DNA of 64,000 nucleotides, from the IMG/VR virus record IMGVR_UViG_3300044612_002689. The stretch is one strand, 5' to 3'. This DNA comes from an uncultured virus (IMG/VR IMGVR_UViG_3300044612_002689) (lineage: Duplodnaviria > Heunggongvirae > Uroviricota > Caudoviricetes). A program made the translations under genes and the position numbers. The notes below the pieces were generated by a model. The model did no database searches. It had not been told where the DNA came from and was given only the letters and a program-made list of their open reading frames with translations. The first letter of the stretch is position 1, and each line of letters begins with the position of its first letter. Of this stretch, positions 22,306 to 30,458 are shown in pieces.

Positions 22306-22905
22306 ATGAATAGAATTAAAAACACACCCAAAGTTCTTGGACTTGATATCTCAACCAAAACTATTGGTTGGGCTTTATTTGATATGCAATCACAACAATT
22401 ACTAGAGTTAACTCATATATCACCAAGACCAAAATTAAACACAGAAGATAAATTACATGAACTACTTTTAAAATCCGAAGTATTTGCAAGTAAATTGGAA
22501 ACATATAAAAATTTGGGAATAATGAGAGTCATTATAGAAGAACCTTTATTAAACTCTAACAATGTTTATACAATTCAAACATTGTTAAGATTCAACAGTT
22601 TCTTATTTAAAGAAATATATAATATATTAGGTATAGTTCCTGAATTTATATCGACTTATAATGCTAGAAAATACGCATTTCCGGAATTAGTCCAGGAAAA
22701 TGATAAAAAGAAATTTGTTTTGTTTGGAGGTCTGCCCAAAGACATCGATAAAAAAATGATTATATGGGAAAAAGTTGCAAAAAAAGAACCCCAAATCACT
22801 TGGCAGTTCACTAAAAATAATACTTTGAAAAAAGAAAACTTTGATCAAACAGATGCGTACACTTGTGTTTTAGGGTATATGAGATTTAAAGAAATCTGGA
22901 AATAA
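22306..22905 (+). CDS. RuvC-like Holliday junction resolvase
   Basis: VLGLDISTKTIGWA, IIEEP and DQTDA acidic triad of the RNase H/RuvC fold. Confidence 0.8.
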   Translation: MNRIKNTPKVLGLDISTKTIGWALFDMQSQQLLELTHISPRPKLNTEDKLHELLLKSEVFASKLETYKNLGIMRVIIEEPLLNSNNVYTIQTLLRFNSFLFKEIYNILGIVPEFISTYNARKYAFPELVQENDKKKFVLFGGLPKDIDKKMIIWEKVAKKEPQITWQFTKNNTLKKENFDQTDAYTCVLGYMRFKEIWK

Positions 22906-22934
22906 GATCGTTTGAAATAACGATAATTTGAAAT

Positions 22935-22958
22935 ATCGTCTTTTTAGACGATTTTTTT
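22935..22958. terminator. Intrinsic terminator at convergent junction
   Basis: ATCGTCT-TTTT-AGACGAT hairpin followed by a T-run. Confidence 0.6.
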
Positions 22959-24603
22959 ATGGACAAACAATCACATTTATAATAGTTCCATTCACGTCAA
23001 CCTGGACTGCATATATTACAACTCCAGGATTTGACACACTAGAAATGGCAATCCAGTTGTTTGCTTGTCCACTCACAGGTAAACCAGTTGAATTATTAAT
23101 CAATGAAGTTGATGTTGTTGGAATTGGCATTGAGGTTGCCCAATCACCACCACTAAATGATGAGTAATTTGAACAAGCCAAATCTGGTGCTGTAAACCAA
23201 CTTGCACCTCCAGTCCATAAAAATGAAACACTACTTGGGGTTGGAGTTAAAGTTTTGGTTATAGAAGGCGTTGGTGTTGGAGTTCTTGTTGGTGTTGGCG
23301 TAAGATAATTAGTTGGTGTTGGTGTTGGGGTATTACATAATAATCCAGTTACAGAAACAAAAACATTAGAATATTGATCAACAATAGGCGTGCTTATTGA
23401 ACAAATTATTATACCAGATCCACCATTAACTGTTCCTGAAATCTCAAGACCAGTATTACAATCAATATAAGTAAAATTTCCTTCAGTTATTGGGTCATTA
23501 TTTTGAACATAAAACTGAAAGCAATTGTTTGAGTAACAGCAATTATCAATAATGTCAATTGTACAGTTTCCACTACTCAATGTTGGAGTTGTTTTTGAAC
23601 AGATTATAATGACTTCATTAATTGTTGTACCAAACTCTGCAGGGGTTCTTGTTACTACAGTATTTGACAAACAATCAGTATATGTGATATTTGAAGTTTC
23701 ACCTTCGTCGTTAAAATCAAACAGTTTAAATTGGTTACATGGACATATACTACTAGGTGTTGGAGTAGGCGTTGAAGTACTAACTGGTGTCTTAGTTATT
23801 GGAATACACTCCAAACATTTTCCCTGGCTTGATGGTCCATATTCTGTTGTAATTAACACATTATCGATTCCACTTACGTAATCTACAATTTCAGTAAAAA
23901 TGAAACATGAACTCACACCATTTATAAAACCACCATAAACGTCACCAAGTATCAAAGGATATCCATTAGAATCGAATATTGACTGGCTTGTAAAGAAATC
24001 CGCACCAGAAAAACAGTCTTCAAACTTTTTACTATTTGCACATGTTATCCTACCGTCAACATTGTTGAATTTGGCAACACCACCAAAATTACACGGTCTT
24101 GTTTGTTCTAATGAAACAGTTGGGGTAACAGTTATGGTAGGTGTTGGTGTAGGTGTAAAACCAGTTATTGAGGCATTTACAGAGACACCACCACAGACAT
24201 TTGTTGAACTTGGTGTTATTGTAACGGTTGGTGTGACAGTCATTGTTGGTGTGACAGTTGGGGTAACAGGGACATCACAATCAAAGATTGCATCAAAGTC
24301 TATCAAACAAGAAGGTGCTGAGGTGGGGCTTGGAGTAGGAGTTACACAAATACCAGAATATAGATAAATTGAATATATGTCCGGACAATCATTAACAGAA
24401 GGAGCCGGACCGAATAAGGTACAAGGACCACCCAGAGTAGTTGATACACACCATTGAGTAAAACCAGTTGAATAATAAATGAAATAACCATTAGTTACTC
24501 CGCTATAAGAATCAAAGCCATCGTAAGTTCCTATAATTTCATATGAGTCATCATATAATGAAGAAGTACCACTGATACAAAAATCTGAAGAAGAACAACT
24601 CAT
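22957..24603 (-). CDS. Cys-rich, (PT)n-rich virion/fibre-associated protein
   Basis: Several TPTPTP linkers separate Cys-rich modules. Start probably ATG 24603, in an ATGA overlap with the upstream gene. Confidence 0.65.
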   Translation of the reverse strand: MSCSSSDFCISGTSSLYDDSYEIIGTYDGFDSYSGVTNGYFIYYSTGFTQWCVSTTLGGPCTLFGPAPSVNDCPDIYSIYLYSGICVTPTPSPTSAPSCLIDFDAIFDCDVPVTPTVTPTMTVTPTVTITPSSTNVCGGVSVNASITGFTPTPTPTITVTPTVSLEQTRPCNFGGVAKFNNVDGRITCANSKKFEDCFSGADFFTSQSIFDSNGYPLILGDVYGGFINGVSSCFIFTEIVDYVSGIDNVLITTEYGPSSQGKCLECIPITKTPVSTSTPTPTPSSICPCNQFKLFDFNDEGETSNITYTDCLSNTVVTRTPAEFGTTINEVIIICSKTTPTLSSGNCTIDIIDNCCYSNNCFQFYVQNNDPITEGNFTYIDCNTGLEISGTVNGGSGIIICSISTPIVDQYSNVFVSVTGLLCNTPTPTPTNYLTPTPTRTPTPTPSITKTLTPTPSSVSFLWTGGASWFTAPDLACSNYSSFSGGDWATSMPIPTTSTSLINNSTGLPVSGQANNWIAISSVSNPGVVIYAVQVDVNGTIINVIVCP

Positions 24604-24821
24604 AGGGATAAAGTTTGAGTTACTATACAATCATTATCATCAACCAACTTTAATTCGTATGTCGTTAAAGTTGATAAAATCGAAGGTACAGTAAATGTAT
24701 AAGGAATTTGAGAATTTGTGATTGTACTAATATAAACACAAGTTGTAATTGGTGAATCACATATATATACATCAAATGGATCGTTTCCTGTTGCGGTATT
24801 AATAGTTACGTTTACTGGCAT
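24600..24821 (-). CDS. Small beta-rich protein, 73 aa, probably structural
   Basis: Coupled to the downstream gene; TATTTAT motif upstream. Confidence 0.6.
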   Translation of the reverse strand: MPVNVTINTATGNDPFDVYICDSPITTCVYISTITNSQIPYTFTVPSILSTLTTYELKLVDDNDCIVTQTLSL

Positions 24822-24836
24822 GAATTTGTTATTATT

Positions 24837-24843
24837 ATAAATA
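24837..24843 (-). promoter_or_regulatory. TATTTAT putative late promoter motif (minus strand)
   Basis: ATAAATA on the + strand, 15 nt upstream of ATG 24821. Confidence 0.55.
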
Positions 24844-24868
24844 TAGAAATTAAAAAAAACTTGTGAAG

Positions 24869-24900
24869 TTTGTTTGATTCATTTTTTTTCTATATATTTG
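24869..24900 (+). promoter_or_regulatory. Bacteroidota-type -33/-7 promoter
   Basis: TTTG(24869)-N20-TATATTTG(24893), ending 4 nt before the primase ATG. Confidence 0.65.
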
Positions 24901-24904
24901 CAAC

Positions 24905-25804
24905 ATGGAAGAAAATTCTGAACTTGTCGAACTTCTTGAAGACGTTCTCGGAAAATGTGGATTACACTACCCCAACCGAGGTCAAATATCATTTAATTGT
25001 CCTATTTGCGATGAAGGAAGAAATAAACATAATCTTGAAGTTAATTATTTCAATAATGTTTACAAGTGTTGGGCATGTGGTGATGTTAATAACACACATG
25101 GTAGTCTTAAAAGAATATTCGATAGATATGCTAATAACAAACAAAAAAAGTTATTTAGAATTCTCAAACCTGAAACCGTTGAAGTAAAAGAAAAAAAGAT
25201 TGCAAAAATTGTTTTACCGGAAGGTTATACATTATTCAAAGACTCAAGTCCAATCTACCCAGTTAGAAATGCTGCCATAAATTACCTATATAATCGGGGA
25301 ATAACCGATTATCTGATCGAAAAATATCAAATTGGATTTTGTGATAAGGGTGATCATGCTGGACGTATTATTATACCATCATACAATTTGAAAGAAGAAT
25401 TAAACTATTACATATCAAGAAGTTGGAATCCATTATCTAAGGTTAAATATAAAAATCCTGAAGCCGAGAAGGATAAAATTATATTTTGGGAAAACCAAAT
25501 TGACTGGGACCAAGATATTTTTTTAGTGGAGGGAGCATTTGACGGGTTGTTTGTTGAAAATTCAATCCCTATGTTAGGAAAACATATGTCATCTCTTCTG
25601 TTCGAAACAATTTATAAAAAGGCAAAAAAAGAAATTATAATTTGTTTGGATGCTGATGCTTGGTCAAACTCAATAAACTTATATCATGAATTAAATGGAG
25701 GTCACCTATGGGGAAAAATTAAATTAATCAAACTTCCTGATGACAAAGACATTGCTGATCTCAGAGGTCAAATTAAAAATGAATACTATTATAATTTAAA
25801 ATGA
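24905..25804 (+). CDS. DNA primase (Zn finger + TOPRIM)
   Basis: CPIC...CWAC zinc finger; RIIIP; LVEGAFD and CLDAD TOPRIM motifs. Confidence 0.85.
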   Translation: MEENSELVELLEDVLGKCGLHYPNRGQISFNCPICDEGRNKHNLEVNYFNNVYKCWACGDVNNTHGSLKRIFDRYANNKQKKLFRILKPETVEVKEKKIAKIVLPEGYTLFKDSSPIYPVRNAAINYLYNRGITDYLIEKYQIGFCDKGDHAGRIIIPSYNLKEELNYYISRSWNPLSKVKYKNPEAEKDKIIFWENQIDWDQDIFLVEGAFDGLFVENSIPMLGKHMSSLLFETIYKKAKKEIIICLDADAWSNSINLYHELNGGHLWGKIKLIKLPDDKDIADLRGQIKNEYYYNLK

Positions 25805-26658
25805 AAGAATTAGAAAAAATCGCACAAGAATTAAGAGAAACACTTCTCAAAAAACAAGAAGAACTCAAATTAACCTTCGAGGAGGAATCACATACTTATA
25901 CTATGTTGGATCAGAATGGTAACCTGAGTTCTAAGTTTCCCTCAGTTTCAAAAATTATGAAATTGTTTTATGATGAGTTTCCTACGGAAAAAGTTGCATT
26001 GAATAAATCCGGTGGAGATCCCTATGAAGCGGAAAAACTAATACAAGAATGGGCAATTCTTGGTAAAAAATCAACCGATTTAGGGTCCAGATGTCATTTT
26101 TATTTGGAAGAACACACTATTAATGAATTTGGTATTTCCAAAGAATTAAGAAAACCAAAATTTGATTGTGATGCGGAACAAATAGTTAGAAGTGATTCAA
26201 TGATAACGGCAGGAAAAAAATATATCGATTTACAAAAAGAAAGAGGTTGCGTTTTAGTTGATACTGAAATTGTTTTAGGACATCCCCTTCTTGGTTATAC
26301 CGGTCAACCTGACAAAGTCTGGCTTGTAACTACACCAAGTGGTGCACCTGGATTATTGATTACTGATTGGAAATCAAATAAAAGTAAGAACTTTCAAGTA
26401 ACAAAGTATACTAAAAAAATGAAAAAACCTTTTGAAGATCTTCCCGATAATGCTCTAGGGCATTATAATACCCAATTACCCCTTTATGGTAAGTTAATAC
26501 TCAAAATGTTAGAAGGTTCGAAATTCGAATCCCTTCCACTACTTGGGTGTATAATCGTATTAATCAAAGATGATGGGGAATTTGAAGAATTTAGGGTTTC
26601 AAGGAAAACAATTCATACAATTTTAGAAATGGATATGAATTCATATTTGACTTCATAA
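25801..26658 (+). CDS. PD-(D/E)xK exonuclease (RecB-like family)
   Basis: PSVS, GSRCH, GQPD, TDWKS and QLPLY motifs. Confidence 0.75.
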   Translation: MKELEKIAQELRETLLKKQEELKLTFEEESHTYTMLDQNGNLSSKFPSVSKIMKLFYDEFPTEKVALNKSGGDPYEAEKLIQEWAILGKKSTDLGSRCHFYLEEHTINEFGISKELRKPKFDCDAEQIVRSDSMITAGKKYIDLQKERGCVLVDTEIVLGHPLLGYTGQPDKVWLVTTPSGAPGLLITDWKSNKSKNFQVTKYTKKMKKPFEDLPDNALGHYNTQLPLYGKLILKMLEGSKFESLPLLGCIIVLIKDDGEFEEFRVSRKTIHTILEMDMNSYLTS

Positions 26659-26675
26659 AAAAAATTATCTATATT
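26647..26675 (+). promoter_or_regulatory. Sigma70-like -35/-10 promoter
   Basis: TTGACT-N17-TATATT. Confidence 0.55.
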
Positions 26676-26682
26676 ATCTTAA

Positions 26683-26778
26683 ATGAAAATACCAAACAAA
26701 ATTAAATGGGTAGTGACTACCACACTTGATAAACTTTTTAAAAAGAAAATAAAAATTAAATACACAATAAAAAAGTAG
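26683..26778 (+). CDS. Small basic peptide, 31 aa (not in ORF track)
   Basis: MKIPNKIKWVVTTTLDKLFKKKIKIKYTIKK; fills the gap right after the promoter. Confidence 0.35.
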   Translation: MKIPNKIKWVVTTTLDKLFKKKIKIKYTIKK

Positions 26779-26780
26779 AA

Positions 26781-26990
26781 ATGCAAACACTGATATTCAA
26801 CACCACAGAAAAAAATTGTTATCTATATGATAATATAAAATGTGAAACCCTCCTGGTAAAAATTACTAATACTCCCACAGTTAAAGTGGAAGAAAAATTT
26901 TACGAAGTTATGAAAAAAACTGAAACTGGATCGACTATACCAGTATTGAGATTGCCTATTACAAATACAAACATGTTATTAGAAAAATAA
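26781..26990 (+). CDS. Hypothetical protein, 69 aa
   Basis: ORF packed into the operon. Confidence 0.55.
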   Translation: MQTLIFNTTEKNCYLYDNIKCETLLVKITNTPTVKVEEKFYEVMKKTETGSTIPVLRLPITNTNMLLEK

Positions 26991-26994
26991 AATT

Positions 26995-27213
26995 ATGAGT
27001 GAAGAAATTATAAAACCCCGAATTGATCTACGACAACAAGAAACGATCAAATGTGATAATTGTGAATCTAAATTTTTTAAAGAAGTCACAATGTTAAAAA
27101 AAGTACCTAAATTACTAACTGGAAGTCACGAAGATACAATTGTTCCATTCCCAACCTACATGTGTAATGAGTGTGGACATGTCAATTCTGATTTTGATTT
27201 ATTCGAAAAATGA
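26995..27213 (+). CDS. Zn-ribbon protein, 72 aa
   Basis: CDNC...CNECGH. Confidence 0.65.
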   Translation: MSEEIIKPRIDLRQQETIKCDNCESKFFKEVTMLKKVPKLLTGSHEDTIVPFPTYMCNECGHVNSDFDLFEK

Positions 27214-27359
27214 TGGAAGTGAACAAAATGACAATATCTGAGGCATATCCTCATCTTAAAACCGTCGCTTTAGCATATGGTCTGAGACTAAACAGGGCTA
27301 AAGAATTTAAGTTTGCAAAAATTGTATTGGTAAACCTATATTGTAGAGAACTGATATGA
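27210..27359 (+). CDS. Hypothetical protein, 49 aa (not in ORF track)
   Basis: MMEVNKMTISEAYPHLK...CRELI; ATGA overlaps at both ends. Confidence 0.6.
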   Translation: MMEVNKMTISEAYPHLKTVALAYGLRLNRAKEFKFAKIVLVNLYCRELI

Positions 27360-27595
27360 CACATAAAGAATTTTATATTTGGTTAGAAGGATACCTTTAT
27401 GGTAAACTTGAAAACAAACACATAGATATCACACCGATTGTTGAAAAAATGAATTTGGTTGTTGATGAAAAACCACAGATGTCAATTAGACAATTTGAAC
27501 AGATACCAGTTCCTGTTAACCCAATACCTAAACATGACCCAATATTACCATCTTGGGATATTACATTTGAAAATAAACAACAATTAAACGATTAA
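27356..27595 (+). CDS. Hypothetical protein, 79 aa
   Basis: MTHKEFYIWLEGY start; coupled ORF. Confidence 0.6.
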   Translation: MTHKEFYIWLEGYLYGKLENKHIDITPIVEKMNLVVDEKPQMSIRQFEQIPVPVNPIPKHDPILPSWDITFENKQQLND

Positions 27596-27609
27596 AAAAA
27601 AAACAAAAA

Positions 27610-28377
27610 ATGGCAAATTTTATTTATTCACAAGTAACTATTGAACCCCAAGAGGCAATGGATAAAATCTGTAACATGTTTGATAACATGCCAAAAGCAG
27701 AATACGGACAAGAAACAAAAGTTATTGTTCAAACATTTTACACCGAAGATGAACTTAAAAAACCCTATAACAATGGTGAAACTGAATATCCAATTACAGA
27801 TTCAGGTGTAAATCTTGGATGGCTTTATGATAATGTTGGAACTAAATGGATCACTGGAGGTGTTGACGATATTATTAAATTAGAAACTCCTTCTTATATT
27901 CCTGATGGATTTTTAATTAAACTTTACTCAATTTGTATTTCTGAATTTGAGGACGTTAGAATTACCTGTAAATGGTACGATGAATTTGAAACTAATATTG
28001 GAACCGCACTTGTTTGGAACGGAGTTTACACCGAAGATGAAGAAACTATTGAATCTGAAGGAATGTTTGATCCGGGTTATGAAGTTACTGGTGATGAAGA
28101 CATTCAAGATGTTAAAGAATGGATTTTAGGTGAGATAAACGAAAATTCATATACTAAAGCAGAAGAAGTTGAAGAAATGGACGAAGAAAGATTAAGAGAA
28201 TTATTTCAAGATTGGAAACAACAGGGTAAGTGGGATCATATTACAGATCGTCAAGAATCAATGTATTACTCTTGCGAGGAGGCAATTGAAACCGAAGATT
28301 TTGATTTCCCAATTTCAAAAGTTAAAAAAATTGCGAATAAAAAATATGAAATGGTTGAGAATTGTTATCCGTTTTAA
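27610..28377 (+). CDS. Acidic hypothetical protein (possible DUF1281/Api92-like)
   Basis: WLYDNVGTKW resembles the WxxxNWGTKW motif; very D/E-rich C-terminal half. Confidence 0.45.
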   Translation: MANFIYSQVTIEPQEAMDKICNMFDNMPKAEYGQETKVIVQTFYTEDELKKPYNNGETEYPITDSGVNLGWLYDNVGTKWITGGVDDIIKLETPSYIPDGFLIKLYSICISEFEDVRITCKWYDEFETNIGTALVWNGVYTEDEETIESEGMFDPGYEVTGDEDIQDVKEWILGEINENSYTKAEEVEEMDEERLRELFQDWKQQGKWDHITDRQESMYYSCEEAIETEDFDFPISKVKKIANKKYEMVENCYPF

Positions 28378-28386
28378 TTAAAAATT

Positions 28387-29166
28387 ATGATTAAAAAACT
28401 AATACATTTTTCTGATCTACACATTAGATTATTCAAAGATCACGATCTATATAAGTCTATTTTAGAAACCGCAATTGAACAATGGAGAGAATTAGAACCA
28501 GATCGCATCGTTTTTACGGGAGATTTGGTTCATTCTAAAAACCAAATGACACCTGAACTTATTGAAATGGTTAGTTGGATTTTAACTGAATGTTCGTTTC
28601 TTGCAAAAACAATTATCATACCTGGAAACCACGACTTCTTAGTCAACAATACGGAAAGATTAGACGCACTTACTCCAATTATAAATTCACTTAATAGTAA
28701 AAATATTGTGTATTATAAAGATAGAGGAGTTTATGAAGATGAGAACATAAGTTGGTGTGTGTATTCACAGTATCAAGGAAATATACCACCAGATTTAAAT
28801 GTTGCAACCGGAATTAAAATAGGTTTATTTCATGGACCAATCCAGGGTATGAAAACTGATCTTGGATTTGATTTTGGTGAGGAGGCGTATGATGTTGAAA
28901 AGTTTGACGGACTTGAAACAGTTTTATGTGGAGACATTCACAAAAGACAAGAATTCAAGTTTAAGACAGGTAAGGGATATATGATTGGATCACCAATTCA
29001 ACAGAACATTGGTGAAAGTATCGGAAGACATGGTTATGGGATTTATAATATTGAAACAAAGGAATATTCATATGTTGATCTACCAAACCCAAAACCATTT
29101 TTAAAGTTCTCTATAAAATCTTTTGAAGATATCGAAAATGGAACTGAAAAAATCCAAAATATTTAA
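28387..29166 (+). CDS. SbcD/Mre11-like metallophosphoesterase (gp47-like nuclease)
   Basis: SDLH, TGD, PGNHD, FHG and GDIH motifs. Confidence 0.85.
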   Translation: MIKKLIHFSDLHIRLFKDHDLYKSILETAIEQWRELEPDRIVFTGDLVHSKNQMTPELIEMVSWILTECSFLAKTIIIPGNHDFLVNNTERLDALTPIINSLNSKNIVYYKDRGVYEDENISWCVYSQYQGNIPPDLNVATGIKIGLFHGPIQGMKTDLGFDFGEEAYDVEKFDGLETVLCGDIHKRQEFKFKTGKGYMIGSPIQQNIGESIGRHGYGIYNIETKEYSYVDLPNPKPFLKFSIKSFEDIENGTEKIQNI

Positions 29167-29749
29167 TAAAGAAACAATGCAGTCAGTGTCTGCATTTTGT
29201 GAATCTCAGGAAATAAAGGATGTTGATAATTTTATTTACCTCTGTTTCAAACAAGGTTTTGATATTAAAAGATATGGGTTTCTAGGTGGAACTGAACAAG
29301 AAAAAATAGTAGAAGTTCCTATTGAAATTATTAAAGAAATAGAGAAAATTGTTGAGGTTCCTGTTGAAAAAGTTGTCACAAAAATAGAATACATACGTGA
29401 CGAAAACAGTGAAAATGAACTTGGTGAAAAAATTACTAAGTTAGAAAAAGAAATGTCTAAAAAGGATGAAGAATTAGACGAACTTAGATATAATTTAGAC
29501 ATTATTTTAGACGAACTTAGACCAAATTTAGCCGTATTCAGAAATACTTTAGACGAACTTAAAAAAAATTTGAGTGAAAATATGGTTAAAGACAAATCTA
29601 ATTTATTACAAGAAACTATAAAAAAACTTAAAATTGAGTTGATTGATAAACAAAATGAAATAAAAGAGTTACAAAAAGTAAACCAAACAAATAATAAACC
29701 CGTACAACCTGTCAAAGGTAACTACCTTAGAGGTTCTAATTTAATTTAA
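29138..29749 (+). CDS. Coiled-coil protein with EKIVEVP and LDELR repeats
   Basis: Start probably ATG 29138; heptad-rich sequence. Confidence 0.6.
   Translation: MELKKSKIFNKETMQSVSAFCESQEIKDVDNFIYLCFKQGFDIKRYGFLGGTEQEKIVEVPIEIIKEIEKIVEVPVEKVVTKIEYIRDENSENELGEKITKLEKEMSKKDEELDELRYNLDIILDELRPNLAVFRNTLDELKKNLSENMVKDKSNLLQETIKKLKIELIDKQNEIKELQKVNQTNNKPVQPVKGNYLRGSNLI
29474..29561 (+). repeat. Three in-frame copies of TTAGACGAACTTA (encoding LDEL)
   Basis: Copies at 29474, 29507 and 29549. Confidence 0.7.
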
Positions 29750-29755
29750 CAAAAA

Positions 29756-30115
29756 ATGGAAATTTTAATTTGGCTAATCATTGCCTATGGGCAATCAAAC
29801 ATCATGGTCTATGGATCAATTTTTAACGGACTTAGAAATAAAATTAAAAATTGGGGAGAAAACCCATATTATCCACTTCCCGGGATAGGTAAGTTTATTT
29901 CAGAATTACTTTCTTGTATGATGTGTACAAGTACCTGGGTCGGATTCTTTTTATCTTTGGTGTTTTATTCCCCAAGTCACGAGTTATTAAATACTAGTAA
30001 TTATTTTTCATGGTTCTTCGACGGTATGTTGGCCTCAGGTTTCGTATGGGCAATCAATGCAGTTGTTGAATGGTATGAAGAAAACAGACCATCAAATAAT
30101 CATAATAATTTTTAA
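29756..30115 (+). CDS. Membrane protein, DUF1360-like
   Basis: Hydrophobic helices with LSCMMCTSTWVG. Confidence 0.55.
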   Translation: MEILIWLIIAYGQSNIMVYGSIFNGLRNKIKNWGENPYYPLPGIGKFISELLSCMMCTSTWVGFFLSLVFYSPSHELLNTSNYFSWFFDGMLASGFVWAINAVVEWYEENRPSNNHNNF

Positions 30116-30125
30116 TCAAAACAAA

Positions 30126-30449
30126 ATGGGAAAAAAAGAAAAGTTACACCGAAAAAAAGTCCTTGCTAGAAATGAAAAAATCAAAGCAGAGAAGAAAAAG
30201 TTACAAAAAGTCTATTCTGATTATATGACAAGTATGATGGAAAAAATGAAAGAAGATGATTTGAAAGTTGACCTGAAGGGACAAGAGTTGAATTTTGAAG
30301 TGGTAGAGGACAGAGTTGTGGAGAATTCTTTTCAATTCAAACCCAATCCAAGTGAATCAAGTAAGATAACATCAGAGTTTGAAGCACCTCAAGTAGAAGA
30401 GTCCAGTAATACTGATGAACTTGAAAAAGTAAGCGGAGACAACGATTAA
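30126..30449 (+). CDS. Hypothetical protein (basic N-terminus, acidic C-terminus)
   Basis: Start probably ATG 30126 (MGKKEK) after an A-rich tract. Confidence 0.55.
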   Translation: MGKKEKLHRKKVLARNEKIKAEKKKLQKVYSDYMTSMMEKMKEDDLKVDLKGQELNFEVVEDRVVENSFQFKPNPSESSKITSEFEAPQVEESSNTDELEKVSGDND

Positions 30450-30458
30450 TCTGAGGTT

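Noticed and set aside
22306..22905. TnpB/Cas12-like RuvC nuclease
   Set aside because: Only 199 aa, no zinc finger or recognition lobe, and no array or transposon ends; fits a stand-alone resolvase.
23552..24367. Plus-strand GV-rich ORFs (23552-23881, 24062-24367)
   Set aside because: Antisense shadows of the (PT)n repeats in the minus-strand gene.
25801..26658. Cas4 or a CRISPR adaptation locus
   Set aside because: Lacks the C-terminal Fe-S cysteine cluster, and no cas genes or array are nearby.
29474..29561. Three TTAGACGAACTTA copies resembling a mini CRISPR array
   Set aside because: Only 13 bp, irregular in-frame spacing (33 and 42 nt), and they encode LDEL repeats inside a coiled-coil gene.
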